The position numbers were made by a program, and so were the translations under genes. From IMG/VR virus record IMGVR_UViG_3300044839_000032, positions 1 to 52,138 of that record: a DNA stretch of 52,138 nucleotides; one strand, given 5' to 3'. The DNA is from a virus (Duplodnaviria > Caudoviricetes). Below, in pieces: positions 27,701 to 38,568 of the stretch (positions are counted from its first letter, which is position 1; every line of letters starts with the position of its first letter). The notes below the pieces were generated by a model that saw only the letters and a program-made list of their open reading frames with translations, made no database searches and was not told the origin of the DNA.

Positions 27701-29983
27701 ATGCTCGCACCTGACATCAACTACAGCGGACTGACCACGGCAGAGAAAGCGTTCGTTCAGAACCTCGCCGGCCTTTCCTACGCGAACGGCGACATCCTTT
27801 ATTACAACAACGGCCTTCAACGTCTGCCGAAAGGCGTTGATGGACTGTTCCTCTCGCTTGCGAGCGGTTTGCCTTCCTGGACGGCCGCTTCAGCATCAGG
27901 CATCACGACTTTAAATACTCTCACCGCTGCGACGCAGACCTTTGCAAACGCGAATGACACGAACGTCACCCTCTCGATCGGCTCCGCAACTTCGACTCAC
28001 ACCTTCACAATGGGCTGGACGGGCACACTTGCCGCCGCTCGCTTGAATGCGAACGTTGTTCAAGCCATCACGAACGATACGAACGTAACGGGCTCGATCA
28101 CGAGCCAGAACCTGACCCTCGGTTGGACCGGAACCCTCGCAGCAGGACGGTTGAACTCGAACGTAGTCCAGGCGATAACCAACGACACCAACGTTACCGG
28201 CTCCATCACCGCACAGAACCTGACCATTGCATGGTCTGGCACCCTTGCGCCATCACGCGGCGGGTTCGGAACCAGCGTCTCAGGCATCGCAAAAGGAGGC
28301 GTCGTAACCGGATCAGGCGCGGGAACCTTCGCCATCACCACAGTAGGCAGCGACGGGCAGGTTCTAAGCGCCGACTCAGCCTCTACCGGCGGCGTGAAGT
28401 GGATTGCAGCAGGTGGAACCGGCACTGTCACCACGCTCTCCGTAGTTTCTGCGAACGGTTTTGCCGGCTCTGTTGCAAACGCGACCACGACTCCGGCGAT
28501 CACGCTCACAACGACCATTACCGGCACCCTTCAAGGCAACGGCACGGCTATCTCCGCATCGAAAGTGACCCTGACCCAGCCTGCAACCGGCTCAACTCTG
28601 ACGATCCTCGACGGCAAGACCGCGACCTTCAACAACACGATGACCTTTGCGGGCACCGACGCCCAGACGTACACCTTCCCGAGCACGAGCGCGACGATCG
28701 CCCGCACCGACGCGGCAAACACCTTCACCGGCGTTCAGACGATGACCTCTCCGGCTTTAACGACCCCAGCGATCACGGGACTCGCCACAGGTTCAGGTGT
28801 TGCTTCTGCAGCCACCGTCTCAACACTCGTATCGAGGGATGCGAACGCCAACACATCACTCAACAATCTTCTCGAAGGCTACTCGACCACTACGACAGCA
28901 GCCGGAACGACCACTCTCACGGTTGGAAGCACCTACGCGCAATTCTTCACCGGCTCAACGACGCAGACCGTCACCTTGCCCGCCACGTCAACTCTCGTAC
29001 TTGGACAGCAGTTCCTCATCGTGAACAACAGCACCGGCGCGGTTACCGTGAACTCCTCTGGAGCAAACGCTGTGGTAGTTCTCGCAGGTAGCACCTCGGC
29101 CGTCATCACCTGCATTCTGACCTCCGGTACAACCGCGGCCTCGTGGAGCGTTTCCTACTACGGCGATGTTGTAACGAGCGGTAAGAAACTGAGCGTCTCG
29201 AACTCTCTGACCCTCGCGGGAACAGACGGAAAGTCTCTCACCCTGACGAACAGCCTCACGGTCACAACGAACGACGGAACGCTCGCTTTTGGCGCGGCCT
29301 CGAAGACCTTGACCGTCAACAACAGCCTCACGCTTGCAGGCACGGATTCAACAACCATGACATTCCCAGGTACCTCGGCGACCATCGCAAGAACTGACGC
29401 CGGCCAGACCTTCACTGGTACGAACATCTTCACTTCTCCGAAGCTTCTGACCTCGGTACTCGACACCAACGGCAACAACTTCATCACGCTGAACGCGACC
29501 GGTTCAGCCGTGAACTATCTCGACCTCACGAACACGGCGACAGGCACTACCGGTCCGCTTCTTCAATCCAAGGGCGAGACGAACGTTGACCTGCGCATCG
29601 GCGCAGCCGGAACCGGCAAGATCGCGATGCAGTCACGCGTGAACTTCGGCGCAAAGACTGCCTACTTCACGGAAACCGACAATGGCAACTCAGGGACTTC
29701 GAAGACGATCGACTGGACCACATCGAACAAGCAGAAGATCACTACGACCGGGAACTGCACCCTGACCTTCACGGCCCCAGACGGACCTTGCAGCCTTGTT
29801 CTCCGCATCGTTCATGAGGCTTCAGCAACCGCCTACACCTACACCTACCCGGCGACAGTGAAGTGGCCTGGAGGCGCAGCGGGGAAACTGACTACAACGA
29901 ACACTTCGGGTGCGGTTGACATCGTGAGCCTCTACTTCGACGGCACAAACTACAACGCCACGGGATTGGCGACCTTCAGCTAA
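27701..29983 (+). CDS. Tail fibre/spike-like protein with internal repeats
   Basis: 760 aa, very Thr/Ser/Gly-rich; repeated NDTNVT..I...GWTGTLA units; C-terminal TIDW..SNKQ...VKWPGG...VDIVS.YFDGTNY domain. Confidence 0.75.
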   Translation: MLAPDINYSGLTTAEKAFVQNLAGLSYANGDILYYNNGLQRLPKGVDGLFLSLASGLPSWTAASASGITTLNTLTAATQTFANANDTNVTLSIGSATSTHTFTMGWTGTLAAARLNANVVQAITNDTNVTGSITSQNLTLGWTGTLAAGRLNSNVVQAITNDTNVTGSITAQNLTIAWSGTLAPSRGGFGTSVSGIAKGGVVTGSGAGTFAITTVGSDGQVLSADSASTGGVKWIAAGGTGTVTTLSVVSANGFAGSVANATTTPAITLTTTITGTLQGNGTAISASKVTLTQPATGSTLTILDGKTATFNNTMTFAGTDAQTYTFPSTSATIARTDAANTFTGVQTMTSPALTTPAITGLATGSGVASAATVSTLVSRDANANTSLNNLLEGYSTTTTAAGTTTLTVGSTYAQFFTGSTTQTVTLPATSTLVLGQQFLIVNNSTGAVTVNSSGANAVVVLAGSTSAVITCILTSGTTAASWSVSYYGDVVTSGKKLSVSNSLTLAGTDGKSLTLTNSLTVTTNDGTLAFGAASKTLTVNNSLTLAGTDSTTMTFPGTSATIARTDAGQTFTGTNIFTSPKLLTSVLDTNGNNFITLNATGSAVNYLDLTNTATGTTGPLLQSKGETNVDLRIGAAGTGKIAMQSRVNFGAKTAYFTETDNGNSGTSKTIDWTTSNKQKITTTGNCTLTFTAPDGPCSLVLRIVHEASATAYTYTYPATVKWPGGAAGKLTTTNTSGAVDIVSLYFDGTNYNATGLATFS

Positions 29984-30819
29984 TGGCAAACACTGTTCAA
30001 GCACTCGTAGTAGCAGGTGGAGGCGGCGGAGGCCACAACCAAGCCGGAGGCGGCGGGGCTGGAGGCTATCAATACAACGCCACTTTTACAGTCACTGCCC
30101 AGGCTTACACCGTGACCGTAGGAGGTGGAGGGGCTGGAGCCACTACCGCAACGCGCGGCGTGAACGGCTCGAACAGCGTCTTCGACTCAATCACTGCAAC
30201 AGGCGGTGGTGGTGGTGGAAGCGCTGGTGATGGCACGAACAACGAGTCAGGGGCAAACGGCGGTTCTGGTGGTGGAGGTGGAGCAGGTGCAGTAAACGGC
30301 GCAGCGGGTACCGGAAGCCAAGGCAGTAACGGCGGAACAGGCTTCTCGACAGGGGCTCCATTTTCAGGAGGCGGCGGTGGAGGTTCTTCTGCCGCTGGGA
30401 CAAACGGTTCTTCTGGAGTAAACGCCGCAGGTGGCGCAGGAACTTCTAACTCGATCACAGGTGCCGCTGTCACCTACGCCGGTGGTGGTGGAGCTGGTGC
30501 CAACTCTGGAACAGGCGGTGCCGGTGGCTCCGGTGGTGGTGGAGCAGGCGGAATCTTGAACAGTGGTGGAACGGCCGGAGCAGCAAATACAGGAGGAGGC
30601 GGTGGCGGTGATGGAGGTTCGGGCGCGCCAGGCGGAGGAGCAGGAGGTTCCGGTGTGGTCATTCTCGCTTACCCGACCGCAGGCTCTGTAAGCGCAACGG
30701 GAGGAACAATCACCACGTCAGGCGGTAACACCATTCACACTTTCAACAGCTCCGGGACTTTTACGGTCTCTATCGCTTCGGCTGCGAGCAACAACATGTT
30801 CCAAGGAGCCAACTTTTAA
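29983..30819 (+). CDS. Glycine-rich virion (tail-associated) protein
   Basis: LVVAGGGGGG...GGSGVVILAY...IHTFNSSGTF. Confidence 0.75.
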   Translation: MANTVQALVVAGGGGGGHNQAGGGGAGGYQYNATFTVTAQAYTVTVGGGGAGATTATRGVNGSNSVFDSITATGGGGGGSAGDGTNNESGANGGSGGGGGAGAVNGAAGTGSQGSNGGTGFSTGAPFSGGGGGGSSAAGTNGSSGVNAAGGAGTSNSITGAAVTYAGGGGAGANSGTGGAGGSGGGGAGGILNSGGTAGAANTGGGGGGDGGSGAPGGGAGGSGVVILAYPTAGSVSATGGTITTSGGNTIHTFNSSGTFTVSIASAASNNMFQGANF

Positions 30820-30825
30820 CCGTTC

Positions 30826-31266
30826 ATGAACCCCGAGAACATCTACTACGTCCCAACACTCGTCACCCGGATCTTGCAGTACCCGTTGTTCAAACTCGCT
30901 GTTGGAATCTCGCTATTCTTCCTCCATTTCTTCTTCGATTCGCTGAACACGTCGGCCACCATCGCTGTCTTCGCACTCATCTTCATGGACAGCATCACCG
31001 GGGTCATGGCTGCCTTCCGAACCGGCACAGCCATCGAGTCGCACAAGCTTCTCCGCACCGCCATCAAGATCGCTGTTTATTCACTCATGATCTCGGCCGG
31101 CTTCCTCTCCGAAAAGGCAATTCCGATCCACGGTATCGACGAGACCATCATCGCCGCCCTTGCCGTGACCGAACTTTTCTCTATTCTCGAAAACACGGCT
31201 CGCGCCGGGTACACGGTCGCCGCGCGGCTCCTCGACAGATTCAACAAAAACCTAGAAGCCCAATGA
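30826..31266 (+). CDS. Phage holin family protein
   Basis: Several TM helices; DSITGV.AA...S...K, ELFSILEN..RAG. Confidence 0.75.
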   Translation: MNPENIYYVPTLVTRILQYPLFKLAVGISLFFLHFFFDSLNTSATIAVFALIFMDSITGVMAAFRTGTAIESHKLLRTAIKIAVYSLMISAGFLSEKAIPIHGIDETIIAALAVTELFSILENTARAGYTVAARLLDRFNKNLEAQ

Positions 31267-31784
31267 TCGACGACCGCCAACAACAGAACGAGTACGACTT
31301 CCTGAACCGTCAGCCGGGCGCTCTTCAGCCTGTTCCATTCGATCCGCAGACTTTGCCCGGCCTTATCGCCGATCTGACGCCCACACCCCAGACCCAGACG
31401 AACGTCATCAGGAAGAAGTTCTCTGATTTCTCGAAGGCTGCTACCTCAAATGACGTGACCCTTTTTTCACTTCCGAAGCACTGCATCATCTTGACGATCG
31501 CCGCGAACGTGACCCAAGCCTTTGCCGGGGCAGCCATCGCCACCTATACGATCTCGGTGGGCAAGAGCGGCAGCTCAACAGGTCTCCTCACCGCTCAGAG
31601 CGTGACCACAACCGGCTTCAAGAACGCGGTCGGAACCGACTTCACTACGAACCGACCCATGTACAGCGTGACCGGGCCGACCTCGATCGTCGCAACCGCC
31701 ACTTCGACGGGAGCGAACCTCAGCGTCGCAACCGCCGGCTCCATCGACTTCTACGTCGTTTACTACTCATTCCCTCAACTCTGA
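31263..31784 (+). CDS. Putative virion structural protein
   Basis: Beta-rich C-terminal domain; in the structural operon. Confidence 0.5.
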   Translation: MIDDRQQQNEYDFLNRQPGALQPVPFDPQTLPGLIADLTPTPQTQTNVIRKKFSDFSKAATSNDVTLFSLPKHCIILTIAANVTQAFAGAAIATYTISVGKSGSSTGLLTAQSVTTTGFKNAVGTDFTTNRPMYSVTGPTSIVATATSTGANLSVATAGSIDFYVVYYSFPQL

Positions 31785-33385
31785 TGCCGAAGATCATCTG
31801 GTCAAATTTCAGCGGAATGTCATCGACCTCGGTCTACGACAACTCCAAACTCGCACCCGACGACGCGTTCCAATCTGCCACCGCCGTGGACACGATCAAG
31901 ACTCCTGGCGTTCTTCGCGTAGGCATTGGAGCAGGAACAGACTTCACGAACATCAGCGGTATCCGAACTCCGATGATTAAGGTTGTAAACTACTTTGCGG
32001 GAGCCTCTTTCCCCGATCTGTTCGGGTTCGGCATCGAGGCAGGAACCACGGTCTACGACGCAAGGGTCCACAAGCTCGACCTCGTGACCGACACGTTCGC
32101 CAACACTGGCGGCTGGCCCTACACCATCGGCGGCAACCTCACGACCGGCCACGTCGGGCATACCCACTTCGTAGGTGAGGACGTGACCATGTTCAAAGAG
32201 AACGGCGTCACGAAGCTCATGGCCGCCTGGACTGACGGAACAGACGGCGACCTTTTCGTCTCGACCCTCGATCTCGCAACCAAGAGCGACACCTACTTCG
32301 CGGATAACTCTCCGGGCCACGTTGCCCTCGGCCGTTTCCCTCACCCGATTGTCAGAGGCGACAACGGCTACTACTACGTCGCAGACGGCCCTTCGATTCA
32401 CAAGATAGATGGCTCGACCGCCCCCGCAACCATCACCCTCTCCGCGATCGACCTCCCGACCGGCTGGATCATCTACGACATGTTGAACTTCAAGGGTCTG
32501 TGCTGGATTCTGGCCCGCCAGCAGTTCAACTACATTCCGAACGACCCGACCGGAAATGCCGCGTTTGAAACAGCAGTCTTCCAGTGGAACTATGTTTCAA
32601 ATCGAGCCGCCGACTTCTCAGGCTTCACCGCAGGCTCTCCATTTTTCCTTGAGAACTCCGCCGAGGGCAGCGCCGCGAACATCGGCAAGCTGTTCCTACT
32701 GCTGAACGTCGTCCACACGATGACCTACACGATCTCCGGCCGGACCCAGATCCGCAGGTTCTCAGGCGCGGAGTTCGTGCCGGCCGCAGAGATTGCGGGG
32801 AACTACCTCCCGGCCAGAGGCGGACTGACCGGCTACAAAGGCCAGGTCGCATGGCTTGCGATCACGACCGGAACCTTCTGCACCTACGGCAGCATCTCGC
32901 CAGACTACCCGCCCAGATACAACTTCATCGGCAAGCTCCCAAGCACCAGCAACACATCCGCAGGCTTTCTTTCGATCGACTACAGCGGCAACTACTACGG
33001 TTGCTACCAGGACACCAAGGTAGGTCTCTTAAACGGCATGGCCACTTCTGCCTCTCTCACAACCTTCGTGAAGGAGATGCCGAAGCTCTCGCGCGTCAAG
33101 AACGCCTCGATTTTGTACCGGCCCATCACTGACGTAACCGCCTCCACGCTCACCTTCACGTTCTACAAGAACTACTCTACGACTGCCGTCGCAGGAACCT
33201 TTCAGCTCACACATGCAAAGGACGGAGCCAGCGGCCTCAAGTTCTTTGAGCTAAGTGGAAAGAACTTCCAGAACGCTAATGCGATGCGTTGGACCGCGAC
33301 CTGGGCGTTGCATGCCAATGCCGTCGATGCCATCGAGCCTTACCGCATCGAGATGGAATATGACCAGCTCGTGAAAAAGAAGTAA
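31784..33385 (+). CDS. Putative tail nozzle/packaged-DNA stabilisation protein (beta-propeller-like)
   Basis: 533 aa, beta/aromatic-rich, N-terminal NFSGM; position in a podovirus-like gene order. Confidence 0.55.
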   Translation: MPKIIWSNFSGMSSTSVYDNSKLAPDDAFQSATAVDTIKTPGVLRVGIGAGTDFTNISGIRTPMIKVVNYFAGASFPDLFGFGIEAGTTVYDARVHKLDLVTDTFANTGGWPYTIGGNLTTGHVGHTHFVGEDVTMFKENGVTKLMAAWTDGTDGDLFVSTLDLATKSDTYFADNSPGHVALGRFPHPIVRGDNGYYYVADGPSIHKIDGSTAPATITLSAIDLPTGWIIYDMLNFKGLCWILARQQFNYIPNDPTGNAAFETAVFQWNYVSNRAADFSGFTAGSPFFLENSAEGSAANIGKLFLLLNVVHTMTYTISGRTQIRRFSGAEFVPAAEIAGNYLPARGGLTGYKGQVAWLAITTGTFCTYGSISPDYPPRYNFIGKLPSTSNTSAGFLSIDYSGNYYGCYQDTKVGLLNGMATSASLTTFVKEMPKLSRVKNASILYRPITDVTASTLTFTFYKNYSTTAVAGTFQLTHAKDGASGLKFFELSGKNFQNANAMRWTATWALHANAVDAIEPYRIEMEYDQLVKKK

Positions 33386-33431
33386 TGCACAGGTTCTTCA
33401 CAGTCCGACCTTCTATACTCAAATCAAGCCC

Positions 33432-34598
33432 ATGGCCGTAACACTAGCCGACATCAACAACCGAATAAACGATATGCGCCGCGACAACGGCAGCGCGAGC
33501 GTCGATATGACCGCTGAGGGCTTCCGGGCGATCAACGCCACCCTTCAGGTCTGGCAGCAAATGCACGACTGGGAGTTCTCAATTGAAGAGCAGACCCTGA
33601 ACTACCACTCTGGGATTGATCGGTATACCCTCGCCTCGAACTTCAAAGCTCCACTTGGAATGAAGTATTACAAGGGCTCGCAGCGGGATCCCTTCGCTCT
33701 CGTCTCTGATACGAACTTCAACCAGACGAACGAACGGCTGAAGCCCCTCCGCTACGCCATCTCAACCACCGCCCAAGGCCAGACGCTCCGGCTCAAGGCC
33801 GTTGGGACAAAGAGCGTCATCAACGCGGCAAGCGCCTACAACAACACGGGCACGTGGGTAGGAGCGAGCGGCGTGACGAACGTAGCGACTGATTCTTACG
33901 AGTACTTTGATCTCGGATCTTCGGTGAGCTTCGACTCAAGTTCCATGACGGCCGGAACCCTGACGAACAGCACATTCACCGCCGTTGACCTCTCCCGCTT
34001 CCAGAACCGCTCCGCCGTCTATTTCAATATCTACTTTGCCACCATCACGAACCTCACCTCCGTCTCCCTGAAGTGGGGAACTGACGCCTCAAACTACTGG
34101 ACCTACACCTCGACCTCTGACTACCTCGGGACCGCTTTTGTTGCGAACCTATGGACTCGCATCAAGTCGCCGTGGAACTCTGCAACGAAGGTGGGAACGC
34201 CGACGATCACAAGCATCAAATACCTTCAGGTCACGTTGAACTACGGCGGCTCTACCACCGCGACCGGCTTTCGCATCGAGAACTTCTTCGTCTCCGAAGA
34301 CACCCCCGTCACGTTCACTTACTACTCGCTGAACATGGTCAAAGCCGCATCCGGCGGCGCGAAGACGATGATCTTCTCGAACTCTGCGAACACAACCGAC
34401 ACGCCGCTCTGGTCCGGCACCTGGGATTACGTGAACGAAGCCTTCGCGAACTCCGTTCTCGAGTACATCTTCTGGATGACAGGTGAGTACGACGACCTCG
34501 GTACGACTTTGAAGCACATTCAACCAATCGTAGACAACCTGAAAAGGAGGCTTCCATCGCGTCGAAAGTACGCCGAATTAACCATCATCGATAACTAA
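33432..34598 (+). CDS. Putative head-tail adaptor with inserted beta-sandwich domain
   Basis: N-terminal TLADI....N.......HDWEF...Y.L..NF adaptor-like pattern. Confidence 0.55.
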   Translation: MAVTLADINNRINDMRRDNGSASVDMTAEGFRAINATLQVWQQMHDWEFSIEEQTLNYHSGIDRYTLASNFKAPLGMKYYKGSQRDPFALVSDTNFNQTNERLKPLRYAISTTAQGQTLRLKAVGTKSVINAASAYNNTGTWVGASGVTNVATDSYEYFDLGSSVSFDSSSMTAGTLTNSTFTAVDLSRFQNRSAVYFNIYFATITNLTSVSLKWGTDASNYWTYTSTSDYLGTAFVANLWTRIKSPWNSATKVGTPTITSIKYLQVTLNYGGSTTATGFRIENFFVSEDTPVTFTYYSLNMVKAASGGAKTMIFSNSANTTDTPLWSGTWDYVNEAFANSVLEYIFWMTGEYDDLGTTLKHIQPIVDNLKRRLPSRRKYAELTIIDN

Positions 34599-34599
34599 C

Positions 34600-36255
34600 A
34601 TGGCACTCACTGACCCAACACTCACTCCTCCCGGCATGGGCGGAACAGGAACCGCCTCTCTGTCTGCCGGCATGGGAGGTTCAGGTATCGGCGGCCCCGG
34701 AAACGGCGGCCAGGCATGGACCCCAAAGAACGATGAGTACGGCAACCCGCTCAGTGTCTCCGGCTCTGCCCCAGCGGTCACACCGAGTAACGGCCTCGCG
34801 ATCGGCGCGGGCGGTTCCTCAACGAGCATCGACCCCTCAGGCGGCAACACAACCTTGAGTGGCTACCTGGGCGGGAAGCAACTGAACGCACCTGAGTCCT
34901 CGACGATCATGGACGCTTACAACCAGCGTCAGCTTCAGGCTCAAAACGCCGGCGCTGCCGAACGCTCTGGAATCACAGCCGACTACGGGCAGCAGATCGA
35001 AGACACGAAGACCGACAACCAGAGAACGCTTACGGGTCATCAGGAAGAGGCTCGAAGCCTCGGCCCCGCGTCCCTTGCTGCTGTTCTCGGACTCGAAAGC
35101 GCGAACGCCGACAAACGCGTCCGAGCTTTGGAACGGAACCGCGACATCGCTCTTGCGAACTCAAACACGAACGAAGCCGGCCGCATCGATAAGCTCATCA
35201 CCGACGAGCAAACCGCGATCACAACAGCGAGACAGAACTACCTTCAAACCATCTTCTCATCGAACGCAGAGAACCGCGCGCAAGTCGGTTTTCAGACCCC
35301 GGATCAGCAATCCGTTCGTCAGCTCATGATGCAGGCCCCTGACGCGAAGATCAGCCCAACCGACACGCTCGAAAGCGCTCTTCAGAAGTACCAAGGCTCT
35401 TCAGCTTTCCAGCGCCAGCTCAGTACTCCAGTATCGATCCCCTTCGGTGCCAGCTATCTCCAGTACAACCAGAAGACCGGCAAGTACGAACAGCAGAACG
35501 GCGTCTTCGACAACAGCAACGGAACCGGCTCCGCGGCCGCTGGCAGCAACGCGCCCTTCGATCCGACCAACACTCTCGATTCCTACACGCTCCAATATCT
35601 TCAGACCGGCGAACTGCCGTCGAAGATCGCGCAGAACCCGCAATACACAGCACCGATCATTCAGAGAGCGAACCAGCTTTCCGGCCAACTCGGTCTCGGC
35701 AACTTCGACCCTGCACAGCGAAAAGCGTCCGTCACCGCCGACACGACCTCTTTGAACGACCTTCAAGCCCGTCTCGATAATTCTCAGGCATCGCTTCCGA
35801 CCATCATCGCGAACGGGAAGTTGCTTCTCGACGGCATGAAGAAGGCCGGCATCAACGACCAGAACTCTCCGCTCATCAACCAGTATCAAAACGCGCTGAA
35901 CAAAAAGCTGATTGGCTCTGGTGACCTGGCTGCGTTCAACAACTCCCTCACGACGATCCGAAACGAGTACGCGCGCCTTCTGATGGGAAAAGGTTCACCG
36001 ACCGACAAGGCCACGAATGACGCCGACTCCGCCGTTCCAAACAACATCAGCGCCGCCGATCTCGCGAAGGTTCTCGACCGTATCAGCGGCGAGGGAAAGA
36101 ACGTCATTGGTTCTCTGACCGACCAGATTGGAACTATCAAGAAGCGTATCAGTCCGTACAACTTCAGTTCTCCGACCACTTCACGATCGCTTTCACCGTC
36201 GTCATCAAAGACCACATCAACGACATCAGCGCCAACCGGTTGGGCTGGCCTCTAA
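34600..36255 (+). CDS. Putative DNA ejection/internal virion protein
   Basis: Gly-rich N-terminus; Gln/Ala/Asn-rich helical body. Confidence 0.55.
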   Translation: MALTDPTLTPPGMGGTGTASLSAGMGGSGIGGPGNGGQAWTPKNDEYGNPLSVSGSAPAVTPSNGLAIGAGGSSTSIDPSGGNTTLSGYLGGKQLNAPESSTIMDAYNQRQLQAQNAGAAERSGITADYGQQIEDTKTDNQRTLTGHQEEARSLGPASLAAVLGLESANADKRVRALERNRDIALANSNTNEAGRIDKLITDEQTAITTARQNYLQTIFSSNAENRAQVGFQTPDQQSVRQLMMQAPDAKISPTDTLESALQKYQGSSAFQRQLSTPVSIPFGASYLQYNQKTGKYEQQNGVFDNSNGTGSAAAGSNAPFDPTNTLDSYTLQYLQTGELPSKIAQNPQYTAPIIQRANQLSGQLGLGNFDPAQRKASVTADTTSLNDLQARLDNSQASLPTIIANGKLLLDGMKKAGINDQNSPLINQYQNALNKKLIGSGDLAAFNNSLTTIRNEYARLLMGKGSPTDKATNDADSAVPNNISAADLAKVLDRISGEGKNVIGSLTDQIGTIKKRISPYNFSSPTTSRSLSPSSSKTTSTTSAPTGWAGL

Positions 36256-36258
36256 CCA

Positions 36259-38505
36259 ATGGACGTATCAGTCACTCCACAAGCACCAACGAGGAGCCTG
36301 ACGCCTGAACCGACTCCCCCCCCGGACGGCTCTTCGCTTCCACCTCCCACGAACCTTGATAAAGGCGTCGTTGCCTTGACGCACGCGATCCGCAACATCG
36401 AGACGGGCAACAAGGACATCAAAGGAAAGAGCGGAGAGCTTGCGAGCAGATACCAGTTCATGCCGGAAACGTGGAAGGCGTGGGCAGGAAAGTATCTCGG
36501 CGACCCGAATGCTGCACTCTCACCCGAGAATCAGAACTTCGTCGCGTACAGCCACATCAAGTCTCTTCGCGATCAGGGCTACAACCCCGACCAGATTCTC
36601 TCGATCTGGAACCACGGCAGTCCGAAGTACGACGGTCAGGTTGGAGTGAACAAAGCGGGCGTGAAGTTCGACGTTCCTGCCTATGTACAGCGAGGCATGG
36701 CCGAGTTTCAAAAGGAAGCCGCCGCCATCAAACAGGCTGGAGGTGTACCTATAGCAAATGCCGCGACTGGCGATCCTTCTCAGACCGATCCCAATGATCC
36801 CCTCGGCGGCAAATCCTTCGAGGAACTCTATGGGCAAACCGCGGGCGACCAGCCAGCACCACAACAGGGACTCGGAGAACGCGCACTTTCCTTCGCGGGA
36901 AACGTCGGCTCCAGTCTGATGACCGGGCTTGGTAATGCGGTGACACACCCGATCGACACCGCCGCAACACTCGCGAAAGACACGGCGATGCCGTTTGCTC
37001 GCGTGGGTACGTCGCTCGCCAAAGCTGACCAAGGGCTTTTTCATCTCGGAAGCGCCCTGTTTCGCAAACTGACCGGCGACCATGAAGGCTACGCCAGCGA
37101 ACTTCAGAAAGCCCTGAAAACCGTAGATCCCAGCAAGCCCACGCACCTTCCCTTTCTTGGTGACGTTCCGACGTTGGGCCAGTACGGAGACATGCGCCGC
37201 GATCTTGCGGATACCGCCGGTTCAGCGGCGAGCGCCGCAGGTACGCTCATGGGCGGCGGTGAACTCGGAGCAGCCGCGAAACTTGGCGTCGCCGGACGCG
37301 TTCTCAAAACCGCAGGCGAAGGAGCAATTGGCGGAGCCCTCGTAGGCGGGGGCCAAGGCCTCTCCTCCGGCCTCGGGGATCCCAACGCTTCCGCCGGCGA
37401 CGTAGCAACGCGCGCTCTGACAGGAACGATCGCTGGAGGAGTGATAGGAGGCGTCGCAGGAGGAGCACTCGGAACTACTTCCGCTGCGCTCAAGGGCGTC
37501 AAAGACTTCGTAAGTCCCTCGGTTGAAGCAGCACTCACGAAGGGTTTGCGACCAGGCAGGGCGGCGGAGACCTTCGGAAAAACTCTCGAAGATGCGCTGC
37601 CCTACGTGCGCGAAGCTGAAGGCACGACCGGCAAACCAATCGAATCTGTCGCCGCTCTTGATGACGCAGTAAAGAACGCCAAGCAATCGGTCTGGAAGAA
37701 GTACGAACAGGTACTCGGCCCTAATGCAAACGCAACCATCGACGGCAACGTGATCGCAGACAAGATCGAGAGTTCCATCGATCCTCGCTTCGACCGTCAG
37801 GACCCTTCCGCCGCGGCTCGTATCCGCGCTTATGCGAAGACCTACCGACGCGACATTCCCCTTTCCGAAGCTGAAGATGCGTTGCAGTCCGTGAACGCGG
37901 ACCTTCACACCTATTACGCGAAGAACAAGGTCGGCCAGCAAGTCGCCGCAAGCGACCCGTCTCAGTCCTACGTGGTGAACGAAGGCAACGCGCTTCGAGA
38001 CGCTCTAAACGAGAAGCTCGGGCAGCTCTCCGGCAAAGACGCCGCGCAGTTGAAGAAGGCTTACGGCTCCCTCTCAAAACTTCAGGAGATGACCTCGAAA
38101 CAACGCGGAAACGTGGCCAACGCCGCGCCGGTCGGCCTCGGGGAGCAGATTGGAATGGCGCGTGGTCTCGGCAAGATCGTCACCGGCCACCCACTCGAAG
38201 GCGCGGCCGACATCTTCGGCAGCCAGTACCTTCGCGACAAGAACAACCCAGATACCCTAGTCAAAGGCGCATTCGACAAGCTCCGCAAGAAGTCGTTCGA
38301 CCCTGCATCGACTGCCATTCGTTCCGTCAGCTCCGACTACCCAATTGCAAAGAACCTGAAGACACTGGCGCTACCAAGTCCTCAGCCCGGATCGCCGAAC
38401 GTGAGCGTACAACTTCCCATCAACATGCCCGCCCGCAGCTTGAGCAGCATTCAAGCTGGAGAAGGCGCGGCCGGCTCGACACTCGCGCGCAGCCTTTCCC
38501 GTTAA
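36259..38505 (+). CDS. Ejection protein with lysozyme-like (transglycosylase) domain
   Basis: AIRNIETG..., YQFMPETW, WNHG; Gly/Ala-rich membrane-like segments. Confidence 0.7.
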   Translation: MDVSVTPQAPTRSLTPEPTPPPDGSSLPPPTNLDKGVVALTHAIRNIETGNKDIKGKSGELASRYQFMPETWKAWAGKYLGDPNAALSPENQNFVAYSHIKSLRDQGYNPDQILSIWNHGSPKYDGQVGVNKAGVKFDVPAYVQRGMAEFQKEAAAIKQAGGVPIANAATGDPSQTDPNDPLGGKSFEELYGQTAGDQPAPQQGLGERALSFAGNVGSSLMTGLGNAVTHPIDTAATLAKDTAMPFARVGTSLAKADQGLFHLGSALFRKLTGDHEGYASELQKALKTVDPSKPTHLPFLGDVPTLGQYGDMRRDLADTAGSAASAAGTLMGGGELGAAAKLGVAGRVLKTAGEGAIGGALVGGGQGLSSGLGDPNASAGDVATRALTGTIAGGVIGGVAGGALGTTSAALKGVKDFVSPSVEAALTKGLRPGRAAETFGKTLEDALPYVREAEGTTGKPIESVAALDDAVKNAKQSVWKKYEQVLGPNANATIDGNVIADKIESSIDPRFDRQDPSAAARIRAYAKTYRRDIPLSEAEDALQSVNADLHTYYAKNKVGQQVAASDPSQSYVVNEGNALRDALNEKLGQLSGKDAAQLKKAYGSLSKLQEMTSKQRGNVANAAPVGLGEQIGMARGLGKIVTGHPLEGAADIFGSQYLRDKNNPDTLVKGAFDKLRKKSFDPASTAIRSVSSDYPIAKNLKTLALPSPQPGSPNVSVQLPINMPARSLSSIQAGEGAAGSTLARSLSR

Positions 38506-38547
38506 GCACAGCCTCTCCCTTGCGCGTTCCAGTCCGCGCGCTAGTAT
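38502..38547 (+). promoter_or_regulatory. Promoter TTGCGC-16-TAGTAT with upstream DnaA-box-like TTAAGCACAG
   Basis: Same 40-nt box-to--10 spacing as at 18920 and 23128. Confidence 0.5.
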
Positions 38548-38568
38548 CAAATCAATCCCATATATTCA

